From contig DATFEP010000047.1 of NCBI GenBank assembly GCA_035250975.1, positions 1 to 64,000 on the forward strand: 64,000 nucleotides of DNA, read 5' to 3'. The stretch comes from Nitrososphaeraceae archaeon. GTDB lineage: Archaea; Thermoproteota; Nitrososphaeria; Nitrososphaerales; Nitrososphaeraceae. This document shows positions 55,908 through 64,000 of the stretch, in pieces. The notes under the pieces are model-generated. The model did no database searches. It was given only the letters and a program-made list of their open reading frames with translations, and was not told the origin of the DNA. The position numbers and the translations under genes are program-made. Each line of letters begins with the position of its first letter. Position 1 is the first letter of the stretch.

Positions 55908-56107
55908 TTATTTAATATTTCAGCAACAAATATTTATTTTAGCCTCTTCTAGGATATTATATTGTTTTCTTCAGATAAGATTCAAATCGAATCTATCTCG
56001 ACTTACTTTTTTTATGAAAAATTTATGTATCATAATATCCAAATTTCTTTTATTTGGTAATCAGATTGATGAATTTATTTACGAAAAAAAGTACTTGAAG
56101 ATATGCA

Positions 56108-56575
56108 TTATTTCATGTTTTCTTTTATCTTATTAACAATTTGTCTCATCGTATTACTATCTAGATGTGGTCTATTTTTTTTAAACAATGAATGAATAGG
56201 ACCACCGCCATCCCCATATGTTCTTGGGATGACATGAATATGAACATGAGGTATCTCTTGTCCTGCTTCTCTTCCATTATGAATTGCTATGGTAGAACTA
56301 TTTACGTTCAAGGATCTTTCTAAGGGTTCTATTATTTTCCACAATACATCAAATAACCCTACAGAACATGCTTTGTTCATCTCATTAATTTTTGAATAGT
56401 GAGTTTTTGGGATAATAAGAGTATGACCTATTGCTAGTGGATATGCATCAAGAAATGCTAAAGCTTGGTCATTTTCAGTGATAAAATTAGTTGAGATTTC
56501 TTTTCTGACAATTTTACAAAAAATACATGATTGTTCATACATACCAAATTTATCAAAATTAAATAATAAAATCAT
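56108..56575 (-). CDS. HIT-family nucleotide hydrolase
   Basis: CIFCKI, GHTLIIPK, AGQEIPHVHIHVIPR. Confidence 0.93.
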   Translation of the reverse strand: MILLFNFDKFGMYEQSCIFCKIVRKEISTNFITENDQALAFLDAYPLAIGHTLIIPKTHYSKINEMNKACSVGLFDVLWKIIEPLERSLNVNSSTIAIHNGREAGQEIPHVHIHVIPRTYGDGGGPIHSLFKKNRPHLDSNTMRQIVNKIKENMK

Positions 56576-56870
56576 TTATTTTTTAAAAACGTCAAGATAG
56601 GCTACGACTCTCCTGAAGTCTAGATCTCTCTGAACTTTGTCTTAAATTCCTTATTTGACTTCAATTAATTAATTATTTCTCTATAACTGATTTGATATAT
56701 CTTAAATGTTTAGAGATTTTATTGATATAAAACTAATTCTTTTTTTTAAAAACTAATATCCATTAATCTACATTGATTTAATAATTTTTTACTAGATACG
56801 AATAGTTAATCATTATAAATAAACCTTCGTTAATATAACCTATTTCTAATATGAAATATATATTAAAAAT

Positions 56871-57164
56871 ATGGGAAGATCCAAGAACTACTCTACTTCA
56901 CCGAATAATGGTCTACTGATGCGACTACTAGGGTACGCTTTAACTAAATTTATTATTCCTTTTATCATTCTACTAATGCGAGTACTAGCATATGCCATAA
57001 TTACATTTATTATTCCATTTATCATTAATATCATAAAAACAAAACTAGGTGCCCAACAACGTCTTTTATGTACTAAATGTCACGGAAAATTAGAAGTAAT
57101 TGATAAAGGCAATCTTTATTGCAGAAATTGCAAAATAATTAAGTTTGATCCCGATCCCTATTAA
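56871..57164 (+). CDS. Small membrane protein with an internal 19-aa duplication and a C-terminal zinc ribbon
   Basis: LLMRLLGYALTKFIIPFII / LLMRVLAYAIITFIIPFII; CTKC...CRNC. Confidence 0.7.
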   Translation: MGRSKNYSTSPNNGLLMRLLGYALTKFIIPFIILLMRVLAYAIITFIIPFIINIIKTKLGAQQRLLCTKCHGKLEVIDKGNLYCRNCKIIKFDPDPY

Positions 57165-57647
57165 TTAGCAGAAACCTTAATTTCATTAATTTTATTAACC
57201 GGAAACATTTAATTTTTCTACAGAAATGTTGACATCTAATTACTAGAAATAATAACGGTAATCTTAATCATGATTAAGTAAAATTAACTAAAAATACTTT
57301 TACTGATTTTGAATTGTATAATTTATTATGTTCTCAAATCAAAGTTGTGATTGAAAATTTGTCTTGGAAAAATGAACACAATAAAAAACTTTTAATTAGT
57401 GTTGTAAATATAAAAAAATTTGTAGAATTAAAAATCTAACCGATGTAAAGAAATTTAACAAATATTTTTGATATAGTAATAAAAGGCATCATATCATCAA
57501 TGATAAAATGCATTAGAAGAAACAGGCTTTCAAAGATTTCATATACTCATTTTCGTTAGATCGCAATTTTTGCCATTTAATTTTTTTATTTACAACATTT
57601 TTTACTTCATTTTCTTTTTTTGTTCTTTTTATACAATAAAATAACTA

Positions 57648-57848
57648 TCACAACTGTATCATCTTATTAAAATTATTTCCATAAAAATGATTGAATCTCT
57701 TGAAAATAACAAGACATTGTTTATTATCAAAATAATAATTTGATCCTGAAATATATTCGATAATAATATCTTTATCGTCAGTACATGATAGTGGTTTGCC
57801 ACATAAGGAACAGACTGATTCAGAAAGATTTGTAATATTCATATCCAT
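57648..57848 (-). CDS. TRASH/YHS-like small metal-binding protein
   Basis: CSLCGK...YYFDNKQC. Confidence 0.65.
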   Translation of the reverse strand: MDMNITNLSESVCSLCGKPLSCTDDKDIIIEYISGSNYYFDNKQCLVIFKRFNHFYGNNFNKMIQL

Positions 57849-58030
57849 GTTTTACTCTTATATAAAAAAACGAGAGAATCATCACAATCGCCATCATCAT
57901 GATATTTGTGAATATATAGTGGAAGGATATCGCTATCTTGTTCCTTTCCTTTCATGACTTCAAAATCTAAAGTTTTCCATCTCCTTCCAAGAAATTCTGC
58001 TGAGATAATTGCATATACTATAGTTGACAT
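57839..58030 (-). CDS. Small hypothetical protein overlapping the start of the TRASH-like gene
   Basis: 63-aa ORF; the overlap suggests translational coupling. Confidence 0.45.
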   Translation of the reverse strand: MSTIVYAIISAEFLGRRWKTLDFEVMKGKEQDSDILPLYIHKYHDDGDCDDSLVFLYKSKTWI

Positions 58031-58174
58031 ACTAAAATATAAAGCATATTATATTTTTGGTTAACATATGAAAAATAAATGACCTGATCAGTTAACGTAC
58101 ATTAAGTCAACTATATGATATTGCCATAAAAAAAAGGTTAATTTGTATTTAGACATATTATTCAAGACAAAGCT

Positions 58175-58340
58175 TACTACGGTATCTTTACAATTTCCAA
58201 AAACATAAACGTCAGCTCCTGATTTATCTATCAAGACATTATCACCATTTTCTCTAACCTAATACCATCTCCTTTCTCGCCAATAAGGATTTCATTATCA
58301 CCTCTATCGTACAATACATCGTTTCGTTCAAATTCAAAGG
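58175..58340 (-). pseudogene. Degenerate hemolysin-type Ca-binding (GGxGxD) repeat remnant
   Basis: RNDVLYDRGDNEILIGEKGDG..ENGDNVLIDKSGADVYVFG, with a frameshift. Confidence 0.45.
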
Positions 58341-58455
58341 ATCTTGCCAGTTGATGGAGAACTTTTTTGTGAACACATTGGTAATGATACCTATTTATTA
58401 TTAAGATTTTTTATCAAAAATGACCTGGACTATTCTTACGACGTTATTTGAATAA

Positions 58456-59562
58456 TTAGCCACCCATTACAGGTGGTTGTCGTAATAACCATAGCTTCTT
58501 CTGATCATAAAATGACATTTGTTGTTCATCTGACTGTTCAAAATTGAGATCGTAGTCTGCATGTATAGATAAAATTACAGGCGATCGAGACAAACCTGAT
58601 TCTCCTGGAGTAGCATAGAGTACAGAGTCTCCGTCGTCTCCACAAATAAACTGGCCTAAATTTGACGTCCAGAATATCCTAGGACTAATAACTATATCAT
58701 ATAATGGATGTTTTTTGTATTTAGAACCTGTTATTGTAGTAGGTGAACAATTATTAGTTTCTCTTAACGCAGTAAATTTTATAATTTCCGACGTAATTAG
58801 ATAACTCTTTGAAATATTTATTCGCACAAGGTTGTTAAAAGCTCTAAAAAGTATTCTTAAATTGCAGATATTACAGCTTTTTTGTGTTTTTATTGACACA
58901 AGATTATCATATTTTTCAGCAATTAATAATTGATTATTTTCGTTCTCAAAATTGTCATCGGTTGTATACGATAAACATAAATCATTTTTTTTAGAAGGGT
59001 CAGAATCATCCTTTTCTAATGAGATCCTAGCTTTGCATTTACTTTTTAGAAATTTTTTGAAAATTGTTATTTCTATATTTATTAGAAACTTGTCCTGTCT
59101 TTGTCCCCTGAAAGATTTTAACCCAATTTGAGTGGCAGTTAAAAAAATTTTGATATTTTTCGTGGCCTGATTATTTCTGATCTCATTCAACTGAGGATAG
59201 AAAAGTACGCAGTTTCCAGTATCCCTTGTCATATACTCTGCATTCGTACCATATCCAATTTTGAAAGCGCCGTTTTCCTTATCTTCCTGTTCTATCTTCC
59301 AATTTATTTTAGAGTCCGCTGGCAACTTAAAAATATGACTTTGTTGATGTCTGCATAATGCTTTTATGATAACATGACTTTTTACATCCAATTTAATTGG
59401 AATAGCATCTCTGATTCCGAAACTGATTTCATTAATTGGAAATGCAATATCAATATCACAATAACGATGTATTTCATAATCAACAGAGTAAAGATAATTT
59501 GATTCACTAACATGATCATCCCCATCATTACCATCATCATAATGTGATATATTATTAAACAC
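58456..59562 (-). CDS. Hypothetical protein
   Basis: 368-aa ORF; no motif recognised. Confidence 0.7.
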   Translation of the reverse strand: MFNNISHYDDGNDGDDHVSESNYLYSVDYEIHRYCDIDIAFPINEISFGIRDAIPIKLDVKSHVIIKALCRHQQSHIFKLPADSKINWKIEQEDKENGAFKIGYGTNAEYMTRDTGNCVLFYPQLNEIRNNQATKNIKIFLTATQIGLKSFRGQRQDKFLINIEITIFKKFLKSKCKARISLEKDDSDPSKKNDLCLSYTTDDNFENENNQLLIAEKYDNLVSIKTQKSCNICNLRILFRAFNNLVRINISKSYLITSEIIKFTALRETNNCSPTTITGSKYKKHPLYDIVISPRIFWTSNLGQFICGDDGDSVLYATPGESGLSRSPVILSIHADYDLNFEQSDEQQMSFYDQKKLWLLRQPPVMGG

Positions 59563-59835
59563 TAGATTATTGAATACAGATTATTATTAATTAAGTATAG
59601 CTATGTTATTTATCTCAGTAACCAAATTCACAGTTGGTAATTTAATAAAATTCTTTTTTTTATTATTCAAGATTGATGAAATTTTATAACGTTTGGAGAA
59701 ATTTAGATCTATTAAAAATCAGTGACAGAGGATAATCACGACATTCAACTTGAATGTGAAAGATATCATAATACTGAATTCATGTTTGAAAGATAAATTA
59801 AATTAAAGCAATCATCTGATAAAAACAACATTTCT

Positions 59836-61233
59836 CTATTCTATAGCACATGTTACGACTTTCTCTAATAACCAAATTTTCTCAAAAGAGCTAATATATG
59901 TAAATATAGATTCTTCTTTATTAGTATAAATTGCAAAATATTTCTCTGTATCTTGTTTAGAATCTTTTTTTGTATCCAATACCATAACTTTTTCTAAATC
60001 TACTAACATTATCATGGCATCTGTTTTCAAAGGTTTTTCAAAGTATCTCAAACTGATATTTGGATTTTTAAATATTAACCTCTGTAAATTATTGTCTTTA
60101 ACAAAAGCAGACACATGCAACAAAATTCTAATGAATAGTCCTTCATCCGCTCTTTTATTAACAAGATATAACAGATCTTTTATTTCTGTCGCTTCCAACC
60201 ACTTAGGTGCACAAATCAGGATACTTATCTCGCTTTTTGAATAATTTACCAATTCAAAAAGAAGAGTGTGAATTCTTTCTTTATCTTCTATATTTTCTAT
60301 AAATGGTTTATTTTCTCCTAAAAATTCTTTAAAATTTCCTCTAGAAGAAATTACCTGTCTATTGGATTCATCTGCATTAAACGTATCATCAAGGTCTTTA
60401 TTTAGTAATTGACTGAGTTTGTAGTACCAAATTAAAGCTGCGCTTAGAAACAAATATGCAAATGCATATATCAAATTCCATAGCCACTCAGTAACCAAAA
60501 TAAGATCATCACTAATAGTGGATGTATATGTATATCCAAAGTCTGCAATTGTTACCAATGTCATTGAAACACAGAATAACATCCAATGATAAATGAAAGG
60601 ATCTTTTTTCGGTAACTTGTAAATAATAAGAAGAGCAGAAACTAGTAATATTGTATCCAATACATAGTACAAGATATTCATAGCAATTTCTAAAAATTGA
60701 GAATTGAAATCAATTCCACTGATTATCATATGGACGGTTGTTATTACAGGAATTAAAGAAACCACAAAAGATACAAAAATAATAGTGTTACGAGAAATCG
60801 ATTTATTCTTATTAACAACATTAAAGGATTTGTAAATATGATAAATGAGGAAACCGTATCCGATAAAATAAAACAATTCTGCAATAGAAGGATAAGGAAC
60901 AGGAATATTTAGTACCGATTGATAGAACATGTATGTAGCTTCGCCCAAAAACCAAAAAACAATTCCGATTAAAACAGCTTTGAACTTTCTAATCTCCATT
61001 TTTTTAATATGAGTAGTTATCAAAAGCAGCGATATCCCCGTACATATACCTAAAAATATTAATGTGACCATACTATTGTATTTATTAGTTTTTTCTATAT
61101 CAATCAAATAGATTATTAAATAGATAAAAAATGTGCTTACGGCAGCAGTTAGTAAAAAACCAGAGAACAGATATTTTAATTCATATTTTACTCTGAATAG
61201 GACATCTGTTTTTGAACTTTCGACATTATACAA
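59836..61233 (-). CDS. Multi-TM sensor-like protein with a cytoplasmic TrmB/PLD-like C-terminal domain
   Basis: WFLGE..Y, PYPSIAELFYFIGY, YYVLD and IADFGY membrane motifs; C-terminal IRILL..MLVD..YISSFEKIW; no kinase domain. Confidence 0.75.
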   Translation of the reverse strand: MYNVESSKTDVLFRVKYELKYLFSGFLLTAAVSTFFIYLIIYLIDIEKTNKYNSMVTLIFLGICTGISLLLITTHIKKMEIRKFKAVLIGIVFWFLGEATYMFYQSVLNIPVPYPSIAELFYFIGYGFLIYHIYKSFNVVNKNKSISRNTIIFVSFVVSLIPVITTVHMIISGIDFNSQFLEIAMNILYYVLDTILLVSALLIIYKLPKKDPFIYHWMLFCVSMTLVTIADFGYTYTSTISDDLILVTEWLWNLIYAFAYLFLSAALIWYYKLSQLLNKDLDDTFNADESNRQVISSRGNFKEFLGENKPFIENIEDKERIHTLLFELVNYSKSEISILICAPKWLEATEIKDLLYLVNKRADEGLFIRILLHVSAFVKDNNLQRLIFKNPNISLRYFEKPLKTDAMIMLVDLEKVMVLDTKKDSKQDTEKYFAIYTNKEESIFTYISSFEKIWLLEKVVTCAIE

Positions 61234-61435
61234 CTACTTGTTATATATTACTGATCTAATGATAATTATTTATTCTTTTTTCCAGTATGATTTTCGTGTT
61301 TCTAATGTGCTATTATTCTTTTCAACCAAAAATATTGAATTAAAAAATTTCAAATATCATATTTGATGTTTACCTAGAAAACATGATTATTATCAGACTT
61401 TTTGTAATTTGTACCGACAATAATATTATAGTCAA

Positions 61436-61461
61436 AAAATTTTTCGGCGCCGAAAAATTTT
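61436..61461. promoter_or_regulatory. 26-bp perfect palindrome AAAATTTTTCGGCGCCGAAAAATTTT (candidate protein-binding site)
   Basis: Perfect palindrome seen 90 bp after the parB stop; related copies at 11147, 16977, 21632, 33533 and 35551. The function is inference. Confidence 0.5.
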
Positions 61462-61551
61462 ACCTTTGAAAAAACATCCAGAAGCAAAATGATAGTAAAA
61501 ATATATAAAAAATGAAAATGAAAATAAAAATAACGAAAATAAAGAAAATGT

Positions 61552-62454
61552 CTAGATTTTCTTTTTCTCTTTTATCAGTATGTCTATCTGGCTATGAAGC
61601 ATGTTTTTGTGCTGCATCAATATTTCATAGACTGTCCAGTTATCCTCAACATCTTCAATTATGGAGGCCAGTTTATTCATGGCTACTCTCACTGCAATGA
61701 TAGCCTTGTCGAAAGATTTCTGAGTCCTTGCATCGATATCAACTATCTTGGTTTGAAAATCAAATATTTCTTCAGGATGCTCGGAGTTTTTCATCTCATC
61801 TTTTAACATGCGTACCTGTCTTGAAGAAAGCTTTCTCTTTTTAATCAATTCAGCCAATTTGGATTGATGTTCTTTCTCTTTTATAGGAAGCAATTCCTCT
61901 GCAAGACTTGGTTTTATCTCGTTGTTTGATATTGATTCGATTATAGATTCCGGAAAAGTCAACATCCTTATACGTTTATCAATATAACTTGCACTTTTAC
62001 CCAGTTTTGTAGCAAGTTCGGATATTCCACCCCAACCATAGGTAGATACATAATCTTTGAATGCACGTGCTTCATCTATTGGATTTAGATTTTTAGAGTG
62101 AATATTTTCCATCAGGGATACTTCGAATGCATCCTTGTCATCAAGCTCTACCACATGACAGAGAATTTTACGCCATCCAAGCATTTTACAAGCATTGTAT
62201 CTTCTTGTACCTGCAACAATTTCGTATTTTGAATCATCAGTCATCCTTACAATTATAGGCTGAAGAAGACCTTTTTCCTTTATAGAATAACATAATTCAT
62301 GCATATCCTCATGCAGATTATTTCTGTAATAGTACTTGAATGGTTTAATCTTTGAGATATCTACATTCTCTAGGACTCCAATTACACTGTTTGAAGTGGA
62401 ATGGATTTTTTGCATGTGAAATATTCGGTTACAGACTATATAACCTTGTTGCAC
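61552..62454 (-). CDS. parB: ParB/Spo0J-family protein
   Basis: SIKEKGLLQPIIVR, EIVAGTRR (CTP-binding box), MENI, LNPIDEA, HTH ELATKLGKSASYI. Confidence 0.9.
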   Translation of the reverse strand: MQQGYIVCNRIFHMQKIHSTSNSVIGVLENVDISKIKPFKYYYRNNLHEDMHELCYSIKEKGLLQPIIVRMTDDSKYEIVAGTRRYNACKMLGWRKILCHVVELDDKDAFEVSLMENIHSKNLNPIDEARAFKDYVSTYGWGGISELATKLGKSASYIDKRIRMLTFPESIIESISNNEIKPSLAEELLPIKEKEHQSKLAELIKKRKLSSRQVRMLKDEMKNSEHPEEIFDFQTKIVDIDARTQKSFDKAIIAVRVAMNKLASIIEDVEDNWTVYEILMQHKNMLHSQIDILIKEKKKI

Positions 62455-62491
62455 CTGTATAAGAACTATAAAAAGAATTACTTTTTATTTT

Positions 62492-63352
62492 CTAGTTATT
62501 TGTTTCTAATTTTTCTATGAGTCCATAAATCTTGCTTGCGAATGGATGTTCAGGATATAGTAAACTGGTAAGAAATTCTTTTTGACTAAACTGGATATCA
62601 CAATAACATGGTATTTCTGAAATAATATCCAGATCTATCTCGCGGGATAATTTTTGCAATGTACTTTGTGGAGTTGGCTGAGAAGAAGACCCATCTTTTC
62701 CTCTATTATCTAATGTTATCAATGGATGATGCTGCTCTGGAGGAATGGTACAGTAACCCGAACCTCTGTTTAGTAAAAGATAACACATTGTTCCAAACTT
62801 AGTAAATGAGCCATAAATCTCACTGGCCATTCTTTTGGTACCATCAACATCAAGGTCACCCATTTTCAATGTCAAAAGAACGACATCGGAAACAGCAAGA
62901 GCGTTGATTGACCAATATCTCACTCCTGGACTTGTGTCGATGATGATAAAATCAGCATTTTTTTTCATTATTAGTTCTTCCCTTAATAGTATAAAGTTTC
63001 TAAGGAATTGCATTTGAGAACCTTGTTTAGATATGTTTCCATCCAGTTTGTAAATTTCTTCCTTATTGGAGTTTGCCATACTTACAAATAACTTGCCTTT
63101 TATATCAGATGAAATTGTTTTAGTAATATCAACGCAAATGTCATCAACTGAGGCATTACCGAAAAGAAAATCATTTATCCATTTTTTCGGATCTTTTAAG
63201 TCAAAATAGGAACCCAAACTTGGAGCATAAACATCTAGATCTAAAAGAAATACCCTATATCCTTTCTTTGCCAATAGTACACTGAGATTGCTTGCTATTG
63301 TTGTCTTGCCTGTTCCGCCTTTGTAAGAGTGAAAAGCAATGCATCTAGTCAT
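62492..63352 (-). CDS. MinD/ParA-family ATPase
   Basis: Deviant Walker A YKGGTGKTT, LLDLD, IIIDTSPG, LLLNR. Confidence 0.9.
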   Translation of the reverse strand: MTRCIAFHSYKGGTGKTTIASNLSVLLAKKGYRVFLLDLDVYAPSLGSYFDLKDPKKWINDFLFGNASVDDICVDITKTISSDIKGKLFVSMANSNKEEIYKLDGNISKQGSQMQFLRNFILLREELIMKKNADFIIIDTSPGVRYWSINALAVSDVVLLTLKMGDLDVDGTKRMASEIYGSFTKFGTMCYLLLNRGSGYCTIPPEQHHPLITLDNRGKDGSSSQPTPQSTLQKLSREIDLDIISEIPCYCDIQFSQKEFLTSLLYPEHPFASKIYGLIEKLETNN

Positions 63353-63427
63353 ATCTTTACAAAAAAGGACGCCATAAACCCAATAATAAACTTGTGATAG
63401 GTATATTCAGTTCATATCTTTGTTTTT

Positions 63428-63829
63428 TCATACTAATACTTTTTCGATATGTTTCAAGAGCTCATCTATTGAAATAGGTTTTTGTATAAAGCACTTGTGA
63501 TCCATATTTGGGTATTCCTCTAATAGCCCTTCATAATATGCCTTAAATGAAGTTATGAAACAGACTCTCAGATTGGTATCTATTTTTTTTAATTCCTGAA
63601 CTAGTTCGAATCCATTCATTCCTTGCATTCTTATATCTATAAGAGATAAATCGTAAATTCCAGGTTTAAAATTATTTAAAGCAATTTCAGGATCATTAAA
63701 GGTATCTACGCTATAACCAGTGTTTTCTAATCCTAACTTGAAGGATAAAGTAGTACCTTGATCATCGTCAACAATAAGGATCTTCTTTTTTTCCATAATA
63801 AAATCTCGTTTGAAAAAGTTAACAGTCAT
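63428..63829 (-). CDS. Stand-alone response regulator receiver protein (start possibly 63796)
   Basis: ILIVDDD, LIDIRMQGMNG (phospho-Asp), FITS, FIQKP. Confidence 0.92.
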   Translation of the reverse strand: MTVNFFKRDFIMEKKKILIVDDDQGTTLSFKLGLENTGYSVDTFNDPEIALNNFKPGIYDLSLIDIRMQGMNGFELVQELKKIDTNLRVCFITSFKAYYEGLLEEYPNMDHKCFIQKPISIDELLKHIEKVLV

Positions 63830-64000
63830 TGTATATAAAAATATTTTCTACAAAAAATATAGAATTGTAACTAGGAAGTTCCAAACCAAACAAATTGGAT
63901 ACTGGCTGACAGATGATGATGATGAAAAAAAGAAACTGGAAATTGCAGGAAATGTAGAAAGATGATTAAAGAAAACTATTCTTCTGTTTTTATAGGTACA

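Noticed and set aside
1-64000. CRISPR array, rRNA or intact tRNA
   Set aside because: No regularly spaced repeat-spacer run and no GC-rich cloverleaf or rRNA-like block seen

Overview
AT-rich archaeal DNA (roughly 30% GC by eye). The gene families and IS types point to an ammonia-oxidising archaeon of the Nitrososphaeraceae, probably Ca. Nitrosocosmicus-like (inference). About 1-51.6 kb is an accessory region. It carries decayed IS3, IS5, IS6 and IS110 remnants and bacterial-like hydrolases and oxidases: a V8-like protease, two BNR/VPS10 propeller proteins, a papain protease with a divergent chagasin inhibitor, an EEP nuclease, a tyrosinase coupled to a VioB-like protein, patatin, a PIN nuclease between direct repeats, a copper radical oxidase, a GMC oxidoreductase and a DyP peroxidase. 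It also carries a YcaO gene bracketed by two convergent pairs of paralogs of one uncharacterised family. About 51.7-64 kb looks more core-like: BtuF-like protein, AAA ATPase, LysE, macrodomain, Sir2, HIT, a membrane sensor, ParB, MinD/ParA and a receiver protein. A GC-cored palindrome, TTTTTCGGCGCCGAAAAA, recurs six times between genes, with the best copy just after parB. No rRNA, intact tRNA or CRISPR array was seen. All calls come from manual motif recognition; no searches were run.
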